Virus record (IMG/VR): IMGVR_UViG_3300008108_003798
Source of the DNA: a virus
Lineage: Duplodnaviria; Caudoviricetes
Reading direction: 5' to 3' (one strand)
Length of the DNA stretch: 64,000 bases
The position numbers were made by a program, and so were the translations under genes. The number at the start of each line of letters is the position of its first letter. The stretch's first letter is position 1. Shown here in pieces: positions 27,014 to 37,008 of this stretch. The notes under the pieces are model-generated. The model was given only the letters and a program-made list of their open reading frames with translations. It was not told where the DNA came from and made no database searches.

Positions 27014-28483
27014 TTAAGTTACGCTGAAACTTAATTTGGCTTTGCCAGGATCTGTAGAACTTGCTTTACTATAAAGTTCTATTTTACCTGTGGCCATTTC
27101 TTTATTTGGCCACAATACATCAAATGTAAGTTTGCCGTTTTTGGGTCTAGCAAAAATTTGAATAAAGTTTTTTTGCAATATTTCTCTTGCCATTGGTTCA
27201 AAATTTGGTAATGCATTATTTTTATTTACTGCTTCAATTATTGCTTTAGTAAACAAATAATGAATTATACCTCCCGGAGTGGCTTCGAGTTTAATTCTTT
27301 CAAAGTTTGATCGTCCAACAATTTTTCTAAATTTATCAGATAATTCACTTACATCTCTCTTGTTGTAAAGGCGACTGTTAGTAAATTGTTTTATTAGTGC
27401 TAGATCTTCGGTTGTAATCGGTAAGGCTTGTCTAAACAATGGATCAATTGCATCTGGATTATATTCAAAAATTTTATTCAACCCTAGGAACGGCTGCTTT
27501 AATGCATCCGAAGATTGTAAAGTTTTGATTACATCAACTTCTACTCTATATTCGTTGCTTTTTTCTAGATTTTCAGGAATTTTTAAATTGTTTAAACTAG
27601 GTGGAGCGCCCTTGCTGCCGCCCTTGCTGCTGATTAAGATCATATTTCCGGTGTTGGCATTTTCAAAACTACCTATGCTATCACCTAGAGCAAAGTTGCT
27701 TTGCTGTGGAAAGTTTATATAAATTCCTTCTAAGTTGTTTACACCTAAATGCTCAAACCATTGATCTCTTGTGGGAAAGTTAGCAATACCTTTAATTAAG
27801 GCTAACACACCTAGATATTCTCCTGCATAATCTCTAATTGCAGTTTGAAATTCATCAGGAACGTTGTTTAGACTTGGAAACTTTCCTGCTTGAATTTCTT
27901 TTGCCATTTCGATAATATACTTTCCGATATCAGATTGTGACAAAGTTTTATTTTGTGTTACTTCATTGAAAACCTGTGACGCAGGAAATCTCTCGTCATT
28001 AAAAATTTGACTGGGTTTAATTTGATACTTTTCTTTATCGGATACACTTTTTCCAGCGGCTAGTTTTATTTCATCTGATTTAAACAGTGTACTAACTAGA
28101 ACAGAAATTTTTCTAGCTTTAAGTTCCTGTTGTGCAGGTTGACTTGCGTTAGGAATGTTTGCGTCTGCGATCTGCATAAGTGTAATAGGAACCTGTTTTT
28201 TTAGTTCTGCTTGAACCTGTTCAGGAGCTAGGTCCTTTAGAGATTGAAGATACGCATCACTTATTTTTTGATCCGTATTTTGGACCATATAACCAACTAT
28301 TTTATCTTGTCTAGAAGACACTTGCTGTCCTGGCAAAGGCATCAACGAGCCCTTTTCGCCCGACTTTCCTACTGGAAATTTGTGATTTGGATCTTTGAGT
28401 AATTGGTTTACCGCTGGAAGGTATTTGTCGTCGGTGGGTTTTCCCAGTAGGCCTTCAACTAATTTAAAATCACTATAACGCAT
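27014..28483 (-). CDS. large hypothetical protein, possible nuclease-like domain and head-targeting N-terminus
   Basis: MRYSDFKLVE N-terminus; GEYLG..FPQQSNFALGDS..ISSKGG. Confidence 0.6.
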   Translation of the reverse strand: MRYSDFKLVEGLLGKPTDDKYLPAVNQLLKDPNHKFPVGKSGEKGSLMPLPGQQVSSRQDKIVGYMVQNTDQKISDAYLQSLKDLAPEQVQAELKKQVPITLMQIADANIPNASQPAQQELKARKISVLVSTLFKSDEIKLAAGKSVSDKEKYQIKPSQIFNDERFPASQVFNEVTQNKTLSQSDIGKYIIEMAKEIQAGKFPSLNNVPDEFQTAIRDYAGEYLGVLALIKGIANFPTRDQWFEHLGVNNLEGIYINFPQQSNFALGDSIGSFENANTGNMILISSKGGSKGAPPSLNNLKIPENLEKSNEYRVEVDVIKTLQSSDALKQPFLGLNKIFEYNPDAIDPLFRQALPITTEDLALIKQFTNSRLYNKRDVSELSDKFRKIVGRSNFERIKLEATPGGIIHYLFTKAIIEAVNKNNALPNFEPMAREILQKNFIQIFARPKNGKLTFDVLWPNKEMATGKIELYSKASSTDPGKAKLSFSVT

Positions 28484-28507
28484 AAATTTATTTCCTATTT
28501 AGTATAT

Positions 28508-29191
28508 TTATTCAATGTCTGGAAACAAACATTCTTGTACGAATGCTCTTACATCTTCTTCGTTGAGCCCTAATGCTGTCATAGTACGTGGTGTATGTGG
28601 ATTTTGTTTTTGATAATATGCATAGCGATTTTGTGCAGTCTTACCCAATTCTGCTGTGCAAGTGCCTGCATACTTTTGTATTTCAGTACCGTAATCTTCT
28701 AGATTAGCCCACGACAATTGTAGAAGTTTAAGCAGTTCTTCTTCGGTGTTAACATTGCCCACTGCCAACATGTGTTTGCTAAAAATTGCCTGCGCCCATT
28801 CAGGTAACTCGCGTTCTTTCTTCCAAGAGTGATCTTTTAGAACATCACCAAACTGTTCAATCATAGCATGGTTGTTGTCGACAGTAGGAGATAGATCGTG
28901 AAAGAATCCAGTGACTTTGTTTTTGCCTGCAATTACATCAAGCCCGTAGATTGGTCCAGAATTGTCCAGGTGTGGAAAAATACAAAAGTGCATCATCCAG
29001 AGACCTTTTGTTTCTCTGGCATCGACTACATCTAGATGTATGCGTCTTGCCCAGCCACTTTCCCAAACAAGATTGATCCAGCCGGGTTGATTGAATCTGT
29101 CCATCCCAGGTTCATTAACACGTTCTGCGACTGAGTCTAAGTTATCAACAACTTCTTCTTGCCAGTCAATTAAGTAATTCCATACTGTCAT
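28508..29191 (-). CDS. pcyX: ferredoxin-dependent bilin reductase (PcyX/PcyA-like)
   Basis: RRIHLDVVDARETKGLWMMH, GLDVIAG, FHDLSP, ELPEWA..IFS, QKQNPHT; ATG at 29191 forms an ATGA overlap. Confidence 0.8.
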   Translation of the reverse strand: MTVWNYLIDWQEEVVDNLDSVAERVNEPGMDRFNQPGWINLVWESGWARRIHLDVVDARETKGLWMMHFCIFPHLDNSGPIYGLDVIAGKNKVTGFFHDLSPTVDNNHAMIEQFGDVLKDHSWKKERELPEWAQAIFSKHMLAVGNVNTEEELLKLLQLSWANLEDYGTEIQKYAGTCTAELGKTAQNRYAYYQKQNPHTPRTMTALGLNEEDVRAFVQECLFPDIE

Positions 29192-30360
29192 CTGATATCC
29201 CAATAATAATAAATTATACTTTTTTTTCCGTTTACAACGTCTTCTACAGTAGATACCTCAGCATCGGCCCCGAAGACATGGCCGAAGTGAAAAAGATCAT
29301 AAAGTAGAATGTCACAAATTTTATCCCCGTCATTGAATTTTAATTTTTTAATTAGTTGTTTTTGCTCATTTACAACACTATTAAATAAAACATTGTAATT
29401 GTGATTTACATCGTCGTTTATTCTCTCAAAATCTAAATTTTTCCAGTTTTCTCTTATATGACAAATGTTTTTAAATGCTGCTTCGAATCGATGTTCGTTG
29501 GAAGTTATGTTGTCATAATTTATTGGAAAACAATATTCAAATGTTTTAAATCCTTGAGATCTTAAGTGTTCTTCTGATCCGGGTTGACCAAACAATATAA
29601 ACGGATGTCTATTTATTATGGCTCTATATGTTTTTTCAGTAATCCATAAGACAGATCTGTTTGCTCCTGTTTCGGAAATTAGTGACCATGAAGTATCCGA
29701 ATATAGATTCTGACTGTAGGGAAATCCATCATAACTAAAAAGATTTCCGTACTGTGAAACTTTGATGTTGTCTGGATTTCTTGAAGCAGAAGAAACAAAG
29801 TGTTGCAATTCGCCATTGTTGATATTTAAAAATCTCTTAATATCTACTGCATATTCTTTATAATAAAAGAAACTCCATTCCATGTCAATTTCATTTAACA
29901 AGTTATTATCTAATAAAAATTTTAATGGTATTAGTCTTTGAGGCTTATGCGCTTTTCCTGTAAGTAACAATCCTCTAAACTTGGATTTATCCCATTTTTT
30001 TGCTGTTTGTTGATTGTTGATGGTTGTTGCATGTACTGTCTTGCTTTGGAAAAAATTGTATTTTATAATATTTTTTGGAAGATCATCTTGATCATCTGCA
30101 CATACACTATATAAAATAAAAAAATCTACATTGTAATTTTTGAGTTTGTTTTTAAAAAAGTTGTGTAAAAAGTTTAAATCTTTAACAAATGTTATTTCCC
30201 ACATATGATTTAAAACAAATACAATTTGTTCATTTATTCCACGAGACTTTATGTTTTTTAAAAATATTTGCATGTCAGAAAAGCATTCTTCATATTGTGG
30301 TGCATCATCCATTACATCACTAAAGTACGGTAATCTAACATGAACAAAAAGTTTACTCAT
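29188..30360 (-). CDS. AT-rich glycosyltransferase-like protein
   Basis: SLISET..ITEKTYRAI..HPFILFG....L..QGFKTF motif seen in phage GT-like genes; markedly low GC. Confidence 0.55.
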   Translation of the reverse strand: MSKLFVHVRLPYFSDVMDDAPQYEECFSDMQIFLKNIKSRGINEQIVFVLNHMWEITFVKDLNFLHNFFKNKLKNYNVDFFILYSVCADDQDDLPKNIIKYNFFQSKTVHATTINNQQTAKKWDKSKFRGLLLTGKAHKPQRLIPLKFLLDNNLLNEIDMEWSFFYYKEYAVDIKRFLNINNGELQHFVSSASRNPDNIKVSQYGNLFSYDGFPYSQNLYSDTSWSLISETGANRSVLWITEKTYRAIINRHPFILFGQPGSEEHLRSQGFKTFEYCFPINYDNITSNEHRFEAAFKNICHIRENWKNLDFERINDDVNHNYNVLFNSVVNEQKQLIKKLKFNDGDKICDILLYDLFHFGHVFGADAEVSTVEDVVNGKKSIIYYYWDIR

Positions 30361-30880
30361 CTAACTCAACAAACAACTGCATTGCAAATTCAAAACAACG
30401 ATTTGCTTCCTCTGCCATTGAGTCGTTTAACATAGATCTAACAGTTGCTTTGAGTTCTTCTACGTTATCAAAATCGTACATGGTGCCCGAACCAGGATTG
30501 CGTTTTCTAATCATTTGCCCGCCGTACATATCGCCAAAATGACGAACATATATGTGTGCAAGTATTCCTTGCCTGTCTAAAGTTATAACATGACGTTCAT
30601 ATTCACGTACAACCGGCATCAGTAGTGCAGATGTTGTGCCGATAGCATATTCTTTTTCAATTTCTCTAAGATCGGCGTAGATTCGTTCTGCTCTGTTTAT
30701 ACTCTTGAGTTCGGGTACTAATGATTTAGCAGCATCTTCCAGTATTGAATAAATCATATATTGATTGTAGAGATATTTGTGATACTCTTCAGGGGTTAGA
30801 CCTTTAAGTAGTTTGCAAGCGAACTCAGTACGCTCTGCTCGTTGATGTACTTCCCAAGTGAGTTCTTTTAGTTTGCTCAT
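30353..30880 (-). CDS. ho1: heme oxygenase
   Basis: LKELT.EVHQRAE (proximal His), Y..LE, R...I..DL, AHIYVRHFGDMYGGQMI. Confidence 0.9.
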   Translation of the reverse strand: MSKLKELTWEVHQRAERTEFACKLLKGLTPEEYHKYLYNQYMIYSILEDAAKSLVPELKSINRAERIYADLREIEKEYAIGTTSALLMPVVREYERHVITLDRQGILAHIYVRHFGDMYGGQMIRKRNPGSGTMYDFDNVEELKATVRSMLNDSMAEEANRCFEFAMQLFVELDE

Positions 30881-31185
30881 AGTTCCTCTTCAACTCTAAT
30901 GCGTAGAGGAAATCCGTTGTCTCTGCATAGGCTAGTTGCTTCGAGAGATTTTTGTTCTGCAATTTCGTAACTATAAACACCTACTACTCCACTACCTTCT
31001 TCGTGAATTTTCATTGTTAGTGTTTGTGCAGTGTTTTCAGAATGTTTAAATAGTTCGATCAATAAACTAACAACAAACTCCATTGGTGTTTTGTCATCGT
31101 TTAGAAAAATAACTTTGTATAAACTAGGTTCTTTAACTTCTACTTTAATTTTTTCATCAATTTTTATGTCAACTGCGGTGCTCAT
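30877..31185 (-). CDS. clpS: ATP-dependent Clp protease adaptor ClpS
   Basis: PSLYKVIFLNDDKTPMEFVV..L..LF......A...M.IHEEG..V.G.Y..EIAE. Confidence 0.93.
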   Translation of the reverse strand: MSTAVDIKIDEKIKVEVKEPSLYKVIFLNDDKTPMEFVVSLLIELFKHSENTAQTLTMKIHEEGSGVVGVYSYEIAEQKSLEATSLCRDNGFPLRIRVEEEL

Positions 31186-31233
31186 ATTTCTTTCCTTTGT
31201 TGATGGGGGAGCTCATCACTCCCCCTAGACTTT

Positions 31234-31683
31234 TTAGCCTTGAATTAGATTTGGTATTTCAATAGCAATCTTCTTAGGCTGCAATGCTTCTGGAACATTT
31301 CGCACTAGATGAATGTTTAACATACCAAGTTCGAGTGTTGCATTGGCAACTTCGACATGCTCGGCTAGTGTAAAGGCTCTACGGAATACGCGACCAGCAA
31401 TTCCTTTGTGTAGATACTTTACTTCCTCGTCACCCTTTGGTGGTGTACCCTCAACAGTCAACGTGTTCTTATCAAGAACAATGTCGAGGTTGTCCATACC
31501 AAATCCCGCAACTGCAATAGAGATCATCCATTCGTTCTCATTGATTTCTGCAACGTTGTATGGAGGATAGTTACTTGTGCTTTGTGAGTTAGCAAATTGA
31601 CGTTCTAAATCATGAAAGATTCTATCAAAGCCAACTGTGGCACGGTGAAATGAAGGTAAGTCTAGAGTTGTAAGTCTTGTCAT
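31234..31683 (-). CDS. small heat shock protein (IbpA-like)
   Basis: VGFDRIF, NYPPYNV, IAVAGF, YLHKGIA.R.F.R.F.LA, L..G.L. Confidence 0.93.
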   Translation of the reverse strand: MTRLTTLDLPSFHRATVGFDRIFHDLERQFANSQSTSNYPPYNVAEINENEWMISIAVAGFGMDNLDIVLDKNTLTVEGTPPKGDEEVKYLHKGIAGRVFRRAFTLAEHVEVANATLELGMLNIHLVRNVPEALQPKKIAIEIPNLIQG

Positions 31684-31736
31684 TTTTTATCTCCTTTTAA
31701 AGCAAGATCTTCTGGAACCCAAGTGGCGTTCCACTT

Positions 31737-32861
31737 TTATTTACCATTGTTCGCATACACACCGTTAAATTGTTGTGTTACACGAACAAAGGTTGTGCAT
31801 TTGCTAAGTTGTTTTAATGTCTTAGCGCCTGCATATGTGCAGGTAGATCTAATACCGCCAAGCAGTTCCTGTACTGTGTTGTTCACAGGACCTCTGTAAG
31901 GCACTAACACCTCCCTGCCTTCTGACGCTCGATAATCTTTCAAGCCGCCAAAATGTTTGTCGTTTGCTGCTTTACTGCTCATACCATAGAACTTGACAAA
32001 CCGTTTTTCTTCTACAACAAGATTTACACCATCGTGCTGTAGTTGATTTGTTCGGTAGTATTTGGCAATGACTTCACCACCGCCTTCATCATGTCCGGCC
32101 AGCATCCCGCCCAGCATCACAAAGTCAGCACCAGCAGCAAAGGCTTTAGCAACATCGCCAGGGCAAGTACAACCGCCATCGGCAATAACATGACCACCAA
32201 GACCATGAGCAGCATCCGCACACTCGATGATGGCGGATAGTTGGGGATAGCCGACCCCAGTTTGTATACGAGTAGTACAAACACTGCCAGGACCAATGCC
32301 GACTTTAACAATATCTGCTCCAGCAAGAATTAATTCCTCTGTCATTTCGCCAGTAACAACATTACCAGCAATGATTACAATATGTGGATAACGTTCGCGA
32401 ATATTTCGTACATGATTTACAAATGTTTCTGTGTAACCATTTGCAACGTCAATACACAGATACTTTAGTTGTTCGCTAACATTAAGATAAACCTTGCAAA
32501 ATTTGTCGTAGTCTGCATTGCTAACGCCAATGCTCATAGCAACATGTTCAGTACGAATGCTGTTGCCTTTAAAGAAATCTATAAGTTCTTGAGCACTGTA
32601 TGTTTTAACAAGGCAAGTAAATGTACCGGATTTTGCTAGTGTGTCAGCCATGTCAAATGTGCCAACACCGTCCATGTTAGCGGCCATAATAGGAACGCCA
32701 CGATAGTGGTAATCTTCGATGTTATCTGGAAATCTCGGAACGTAATTTCTAAAACTAAATCTACGTTCTAGGTCTACTTCACTACGACTGCCTAGTGTGC
32801 TTCTTTTAGGACGAATAAGAACGTCCTTATAATCTAATTTAACGTCGGTTTCTAACCGCAT
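31737..32861 (-). CDS. guaC: GMP reductase
   Basis: [56 protein letters not shown]. Confidence 0.95.
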   Translation of the reverse strand: MRLETDVKLDYKDVLIRPKRSTLGSRSEVDLERRFSFRNYVPRFPDNIEDYHYRGVPIMAANMDGVGTFDMADTLAKSGTFTCLVKTYSAQELIDFFKGNSIRTEHVAMSIGVSNADYDKFCKVYLNVSEQLKYLCIDVANGYTETFVNHVRNIRERYPHIVIIAGNVVTGEMTEELILAGADIVKVGIGPGSVCTTRIQTGVGYPQLSAIIECADAAHGLGGHVIADGGCTCPGDVAKAFAAGADFVMLGGMLAGHDEGGGEVIAKYYRTNQLQHDGVNLVVEEKRFVKFYGMSSKAANDKHFGGLKDYRASEGREVLVPYRGPVNNTVQELLGGIRSTCTYAGAKTLKQLSKCTTFVRVTQQFNGVYANNGK

Positions 32862-32870
32862 GTTTGTATA

Positions 32871-33098
32871 TCAAACCTCTCGGTTTGCTTGTGCTTTTTT
32901 ATAGCGGCGCTTTGCGGCTTCTTTTGCTTTGCGACGCTTGGTGCCTTTGCTTTCAAAGGCTTCGCGATTACGGAGTTCTTGAAAAATGCCATCATCGGCT
33001 AATTTCTTTTTAAGTTTACGCAATGCTTTTGAAATATCATTGCCATAGACCTCAACTCGAAATCCTTTTGCACTGTCAGTAGATTGATGTTTACTCAT
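32871..33098 (-). CDS. rpsU: 30S ribosomal protein bS21
   Basis: VEV....ISKALRKLKKK....GI..ELR.RE.FE.K...RRK. Confidence 0.85.
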   Translation of the reverse strand: MSKHQSTDSAKGFRVEVYGNDISKALRKLKKKLADDGIFQELRNREAFESKGTKRRKAKEAAKRRYKKAQANREV

Positions 33099-33480
33099 TA
33101 TTTCCTCTGTTTAAAACTGTTTCTAACCAAGACAAATCGTAAATTCTGTTCTTGCTTAATAAATTATATGGTGTAATATTGTCACTTGTCAAGTAAAAAG
33201 TATTTGGCTGTGCAATAATATAAGATGCGAATTCGTATGTAAATGGTTCTGTACTATCTAAATCTAGAACAACTACATCACATCTTTTAACCTGTGCCAA
33301 TAACCATTCAATATCGTGATCGGCTTTTAATTCGTATAAAAACAAATTAACTGGTTCTACAGCGTTTATTAAAATGTTGTTGAGTATAGATTTAAGTTCA
33401 TCTCTAGGATGTATTACTAATATTGATAATACATCATTGTATAACACATCCGGAGGTGTAATTACAGTAATTTCATTCAT
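33091..33480 (-). CDS. hypothetical protein
   Basis: 129-aa ORF coupled on both sides. Confidence 0.6.
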   Translation of the reverse strand: MNEITVITPPDVLYNDVLSILVIHPRDELKSILNNILINAVEPVNLFLYELKADHDIEWLLAQVKRCDVVVLDLDSTEPFTYEFASYIIAQPNTFYLTSDNITPYNLLSKNRIYDLSWLETVLNRGNNE

Positions 33481-35242
33481 CTTTGTTTCTTATTTTACGC
33501 CAGATGCTGTTTTCACTTTGCTCGGAGTTTTGAGAATACCCTTCCCAAGGTAGACTATCTATCTCACCATTTATATATGCTTCTTTAAACTCTTTGATGG
33601 TCAAGTCTGGATGATCTTGTTTCCACTGTATCTTGGCAAGTTTAGTGTCTGCTTGATTTTCAATAGCAACTAGTTCGTCTATTCGCTTTTGTCTATCTGC
33701 ATCAATTGGTACTTCACTCGATTCCAATCCTGCATCATCTTCAATTGCGGTGGTAGCAGGGTCTTCTGCACGAAGTTCTCCCAGGCCTGCATCTGCATCA
33801 GCGTTAATTTTCTGTATAGGTCCATCATCGATTAGTCCTCCGTTTTGAGATCTTGTTCCAGACATGGTATCATCCGTCTCAGATCCTTTATCGTCGGTGC
33901 TGGCGTTCTCTGAGGTGGTGCTGGCAGTACTATCGCTTGTTGTACTGGCTGCGGGTGTTTTACTATCTGATTGTTCATTATCAGGTCTATCAGATACATC
34001 ATTGTTTACATCCTTGTTTGTATCAACACTGTTTTGCCGAAGAGACTCCTTGCGAAGTTCTCTTTGAAAATTAAATGTGTGCTGACTTGCAATTAGAAGT
34101 AACACAGCCAATGGATCAAACACAAAAATAATTAAAATAATTACCCAACGGACTGCTTCTTCTAAAAGATCTTTATCTTCAGATTTGCCGTATACAAATT
34201 CTGCAAGATACTTGATAGGACCTACTTCTGCTTCTAGTTTTCTATATTCAGACTCAAGTCCATATTTCTGTTCTGTTAAGGCAGATACAACAGTTTCAGC
34301 CTCGACAATAATCTTATTTTGTTTTTCTACTTGAGCAGCAACTTTTGCTTCGTCGGTTACACCTAGTTGCTGTCTAAGTCTGTTGATTAATTCGTTGGAG
34401 TTTGCAATCTCTGTTTCGGCTAAACTGCGTAGTCTTTGAATCTCTGCTCGAGCAGTATCAATTACAGGTGATGATAGTTTACTGCTTTCTTGTGCAATTA
34501 ATTCTGCTAGACGTTGTTTTTCAGCAGTCTGTGCAGTTCTGTATGAGTCAATTGCTTGTGTAGTTGCAGGACCTAATTGACCATCTGCACGAACACCTAC
34601 CAATGCTTGTAATGCTTTGATGTTGTCAGTTGCAATGTATTGTTCTATGCTTTGTAGATTGCCAGTGATTGTGTTTAGTTGGTCTTCATACAAAGATAGT
34701 CCACCGCCAAGGCGTTGTTCTTCTTTGGTGATAATAACGTTTTGTTCATCAATTGCTGGTTGAATACGAGTGTATGCACTGTCGATACGTTCTTGTTCTT
34801 TGTCAATCTGTGCTTGTATTTCTGTGTCGCGATCTGTGCCGGCTACTTCAAGTTGTTCGATTTCTTGCTCTGCCTTGGCAATGACGTCTTGTTGTCTAAG
34901 TATTTGACTGTCTATCTGTTCTAATCTTGCTAGACCGTCTTTGGCACTGGCAGTTTGATCGATGTGTGCTTTGGACAAAAATCCAAAAATACCCATCGAT
35001 GTGATCAACATCAGAACAGCAACAGATATGGTTAGATAAGTTTTTAACCACCATACTGCATGTTCCCAATAATAGTGTAACCACACTACGGTAACTAATT
35101 TTGCTATTTCAAGTATACTGCCCATTATGATGATAGGCACTGCTGCCGCAGCAAATATTGCTACGAGACCTGCAACAGAATAGTATATTGCAACAGCACT
35201 GATACTCAATGCTGTTAGCATTGTAAGAATTCCTAAACCCAT
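33473..35242 (-). CDS. inner-membrane protein with long coiled coil and peptidoglycan-binding motif
   Basis: 3 N-terminal TMs, coiled coil, IKALQALVGVRADGQLGPAT (PG-binding), C-terminal TM, acidic tail. Confidence 0.7.
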   Translation of the reverse strand: MGLGILTMLTALSISAVAIYYSVAGLVAIFAAAAVPIIIMGSILEIAKLVTVVWLHYYWEHAVWWLKTYLTISVAVLMLITSMGIFGFLSKAHIDQTASAKDGLARLEQIDSQILRQQDVIAKAEQEIEQLEVAGTDRDTEIQAQIDKEQERIDSAYTRIQPAIDEQNVIITKEEQRLGGGLSLYEDQLNTITGNLQSIEQYIATDNIKALQALVGVRADGQLGPATTQAIDSYRTAQTAEKQRLAELIAQESSKLSSPVIDTARAEIQRLRSLAETEIANSNELINRLRQQLGVTDEAKVAAQVEKQNKIIVEAETVVSALTEQKYGLESEYRKLEAEVGPIKYLAEFVYGKSEDKDLLEEAVRWVIILIIFVFDPLAVLLLIASQHTFNFQRELRKESLRQNSVDTNKDVNNDVSDRPDNEQSDSKTPAASTTSDSTASTTSENASTDDKGSETDDTMSGTRSQNGGLIDDGPIQKINADADAGLGELRAEDPATTAIEDDAGLESSEVPIDADRQKRIDELVAIENQADTKLAKIQWKQDHPDLTIKEFKEAYINGEIDSLPWEGYSQNSEQSENSIWRKIRNKDE

Positions 35243-35282
35243 GTAATATTTATCCTACCATTTTTAGCAATATAGCAGTAGA

Positions 35283-35696
35283 TTAATTTCTACGCATTTG
35301 TGCAATATCTGTTGCATCTTGTTTCTTGTCTGCAAAGATAGGAACCATATTGCTTTTATGCATTGTAGCGACACCAAGCAGTTGACGTTCTCCGCTATAA
35401 ACCATAGGTTCTTTAGCAGGCCCGTGACCTGCTACACGATCGCTGGTCATTCTAGGACCAGTTGAATAATCAGGAATATCGTAAATGCCTACACGTTGAC
35501 CTTTTTTGTCCACAGGCAATTTTGCTTTGCCTACACCCATTTTCTTAAGCCACGTTTCATGATCTGCTTTTGCGGCTTCTAACTTTTTACTGTTAGAAGT
35601 CTTCTTCTTTGAATTGTATTTTGTAGTAGTAAGGTATGGTCCCACAAGGTGCATACTCATAGAAAGGCTCCATAGTTGATACAAATACTGTAACAC
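35283..35696 (-). CDS. conserved phage hypothetical protein
   Basis: LLGVATMHKSNMVPIF motif. Confidence 0.65.
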   Translation of the reverse strand: MLQYLYQLWSLSMSMHLVGPYLTTTKYNSKKKTSNSKKLEAAKADHETWLKKMGVGKAKLPVDKKGQRVGIYDIPDYSTGPRMTSDRVAGHGPAKEPMVYSGERQLLGVATMHKSNMVPIFADKKQDATDIAQMRRN

Positions 35697-35716
35697 ATAT
35701 GGAGCCCGATGTCAAC

Positions 35717-35974
35717 TTAAGATTGAAACTTCTTTGGAGAACCCCAATAGTCAAATGCTTTGACTTTGATAAATCGCTTGTTAGTTTCGTTCTTGTTTGG
35801 ATTTTCGATAGTAAGAACTACATTCTTGTTCTTTTTCCAGGCCTGTAATTGATTTATTACACGCTCGCTAGATGCAAGATACTCGCTTCTTAACTGATTT
35901 GTAATTCTTGCTGAAACATTGCTGTGAAGTCCTTGAGATGTAAAACCCGAACTCTTTCCGCCTTTTTTGGCCAT
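35717..35974 (-). CDS. conserved phage hypothetical protein
   Basis: TIENPNKNETNKRFIKV motif. Confidence 0.65.
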   Translation of the reverse strand: MAKKGGKSSGFTSQGLHSNVSARITNQLRSEYLASSERVINQLQAWKKNKNVVLTIENPNKNETNKRFIKVKAFDYWGSPKKFQS

Positions 35975-36067
35975 TGCCGATCCTCCATTATGTAGGTATT
36001 TATTGAATACAAAAAAAAAAGGGTTCTATTTTATAGGACCCTTTTTGACTTTGTATTTTAGCGTAGA

Positions 36068-36859
36068 TTAGAAGTTAAATGATACGCCAATTGCAGGAGT
36101 AGTTTCTTCAGTGTCTAGATTGTAACCAACTTCAGCAAATGCACTTAGGCTATCCTTGGTGTAGACAACGCCAGCACCGATGTTCTGTGCCATGTCGGTT
36201 TCGTCACCGTTGATGAAAGCAGAAACGTCTAGTGCGTCCATTGCACCGTAAGTACCCATTGCTTCATAAGCAAATTCATCAGCATAAGTAACAGTTACGT
36301 TAGCATAAAGTGCTTCGCTAACATCAACACCAGTTGCTACTGCAACAGTAGTGTCCTCGGTGTCAAGATTGTAGTCAAGTGCTCCGGCTACATCAATCTT
36401 ACCGTAGTCGTTGCTATAAGCAATCTGAACGTTTTCAATGTCGCCTACATTGGTGCTGATGTCAGTTAAACCAACAAGAACTTCAACTGCACCGTGGCTA
36501 ACAATCACACTCTCGTGATCGTCTGCTGGATCAGCAAGAGTATCGCCGCCAACAACTTCTAAGCCGCCAAAGCCAAACAAGTCGCCTTGATCGCCAAAAC
36601 TAACACTAGTGCCGCCAAATGCTACACCAACATGCCACGAGTCAACAACAAGATCGCTGCCGTCTGCTTCTACGCCAACAGCGCCAAATGCAGTTGCGCC
36701 TTCGGCTTTGTGACCAAATGACAATTCAACAGTTGGAGTTGCAACAAAATTGCCAGCAACGTTTTTGGTGAATTCAGCGCCAACAGTGCCGCCAAAATCA
36801 GCAGCAAATGCAGCACCAGCAAATGCAATGGCTGCAACAGTAGTAAGTAATAGTTTCAT
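36068..36859 (-). CDS. alphaproteobacterial general porin (Rhodobacter-like)
   Basis: Signal peptide; acidic amphipathic beta strands; C-terminal IGVSFNF; terminator at about 36012-36047. Confidence 0.75.
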   Translation of the reverse strand: MKLLLTTVAAIAFAGAAFAADFGGTVGAEFTKNVAGNFVATPTVELSFGHKAEGATAFGAVGVEADGSDLVVDSWHVGVAFGGTSVSFGDQGDLFGFGGLEVVGGDTLADPADDHESVIVSHGAVEVLVGLTDISTNVGDIENVQIAYSNDYGKIDVAGALDYNLDTEDTTVAVATGVDVSEALYANVTVTYADEFAYEAMGTYGAMDALDVSAFINGDETDMAQNIGAGVVYTKDSLSAFAEVGYNLDTEETTPAIGVSFNF

Positions 36860-37008
36860 AAAGTTTTTCCCTTTGTTATTATAATGGCAAATTTCTTGCT
36901 CATTCGTAATATTAGTTATAACAGATATTCTGTAAAATACAACTAGTTTGAACAGATATCTAGGGTTTTTTGAAAATGCTTTTTAAATGTGTGTTCAATG
37001 TGCAACAG

